A stretch of DNA of 64,000 nucleotides from Scyliorhinus canicula. Taxonomy: Eukaryota. The notes below the pieces were generated by a model. That model saw only the letters and a list, made by a program, of their open reading frames with translations, was not told where the DNA came from and ran no database searches. The stretch spans positions 1,012,672 through 1,076,671 of the forward strand of contig NW_024055751.1 in NCBI RefSeq assembly GCF_902713615.1, read 5' to 3'. Shown one piece after another: positions 63,360 to 64,000 of the stretch; positions within the stretch are counted from its first letter, which is position 1; each line of letters begins with the position of its first letter. The position numbers and the translations under genes were made by a program.

Positions 63360-63960
63360 CACAGACAGATAAACAGACACAGACACTACACATACATGCA
63401 CACAGGCCCACAAACACACACACGCTCACACGTAGACACAATCACACACATGGACACACACATAGAAACACATGCATTAACATACACCCAGGCACAACGA
63501 ACCACACATATTTTGACTCAAAAACACACGCAAACGTGCGCAAAAGTTCACAAACATGCCCATAAACACAAACAAGCCCACATTTATACAGAGACAGACA
63601 CACGTGCACATCCACACATAGACACACAAATCCACACACACACGTGACTACACAAATGTATACAAACAGACACATACAACCACATGTCCTCACAGATACA
63701 CAAATATATAAAACCAGACAAGCAGGCTGACAGAAGAATATGAAACACAAATGTAACCAATAACATGTACATTAGCAGAATTTCACGATGACAGAAATAT
63801 TTCCATTCAAACAGAGACAGTAATCCACATTAACACACTTATGGACACACGTAGACACATATTAGCAGACTCGTACACACGCTAACACGAACACATATGA
63901 ATACGCATAGAATCATCAATACACATCAATAGATAATTACAAACAACCATCAACGCATAA
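63360..63960 (+). repeat. CA-rich low-complexity tract
   Basis: Direct read. Confidence 0.9.
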
Positions 63961-64000
63961 ATAGCACTGCTGCCTCACAGCGCCATAAACCCGGGTTCAA

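Noticed and set aside
60825-64000. IgM transmembrane exons
   Set aside because: No TM-like frame with an acceptor was found; they presumably lie beyond the window, so membrane IgM capacity is unverified.

Overview
Vertebrate genomic DNA from a cartilaginous fish (shark-type Ig cluster organisation and shark SINE/LINE families; species cannot be fixed from sequence alone). The left end holds two intact TCR alpha/delta-type V genes in head-to-head orientation, each with a 46-nt leader exon, a V exon and a 23-bp-spacer RSS. About 36 kb to the right lies an apparently intact IgM heavy-chain cluster: leader-VH(23)-(12)D1(22)-(12)D2(12)-(23)JH-Cmu1-Cmu2-Cmu3-Cmu4/secretory tail-polyA. All exons read open with canonical splice sites; the transmembrane exons are not in the window. 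Between them is repeat-rich DNA (CR1/L2-group, L1 and RTE LINE fragments, several SINE families, Penelope-like remnants carrying minimal hammerhead-ribozyme motifs) and a decayed ~4.6-kb tandem duplication. Main leads: (1) an intact IgM cluster physically linked to TCR V genes with 12/23-compatible signals, allowing Ig/TCR chimeras in both directions, including a TCR-V/Cmu antibody; (2) a 28S-rRNA/LINE-tail chimeric retrocopy; (3) tandem hammerhead motifs; (4) a purine-rich plus AGCT-array block just upstream of Cmu1; (5) candidate PU.1/IRF enhancers. All alignments and translations were done by eye.
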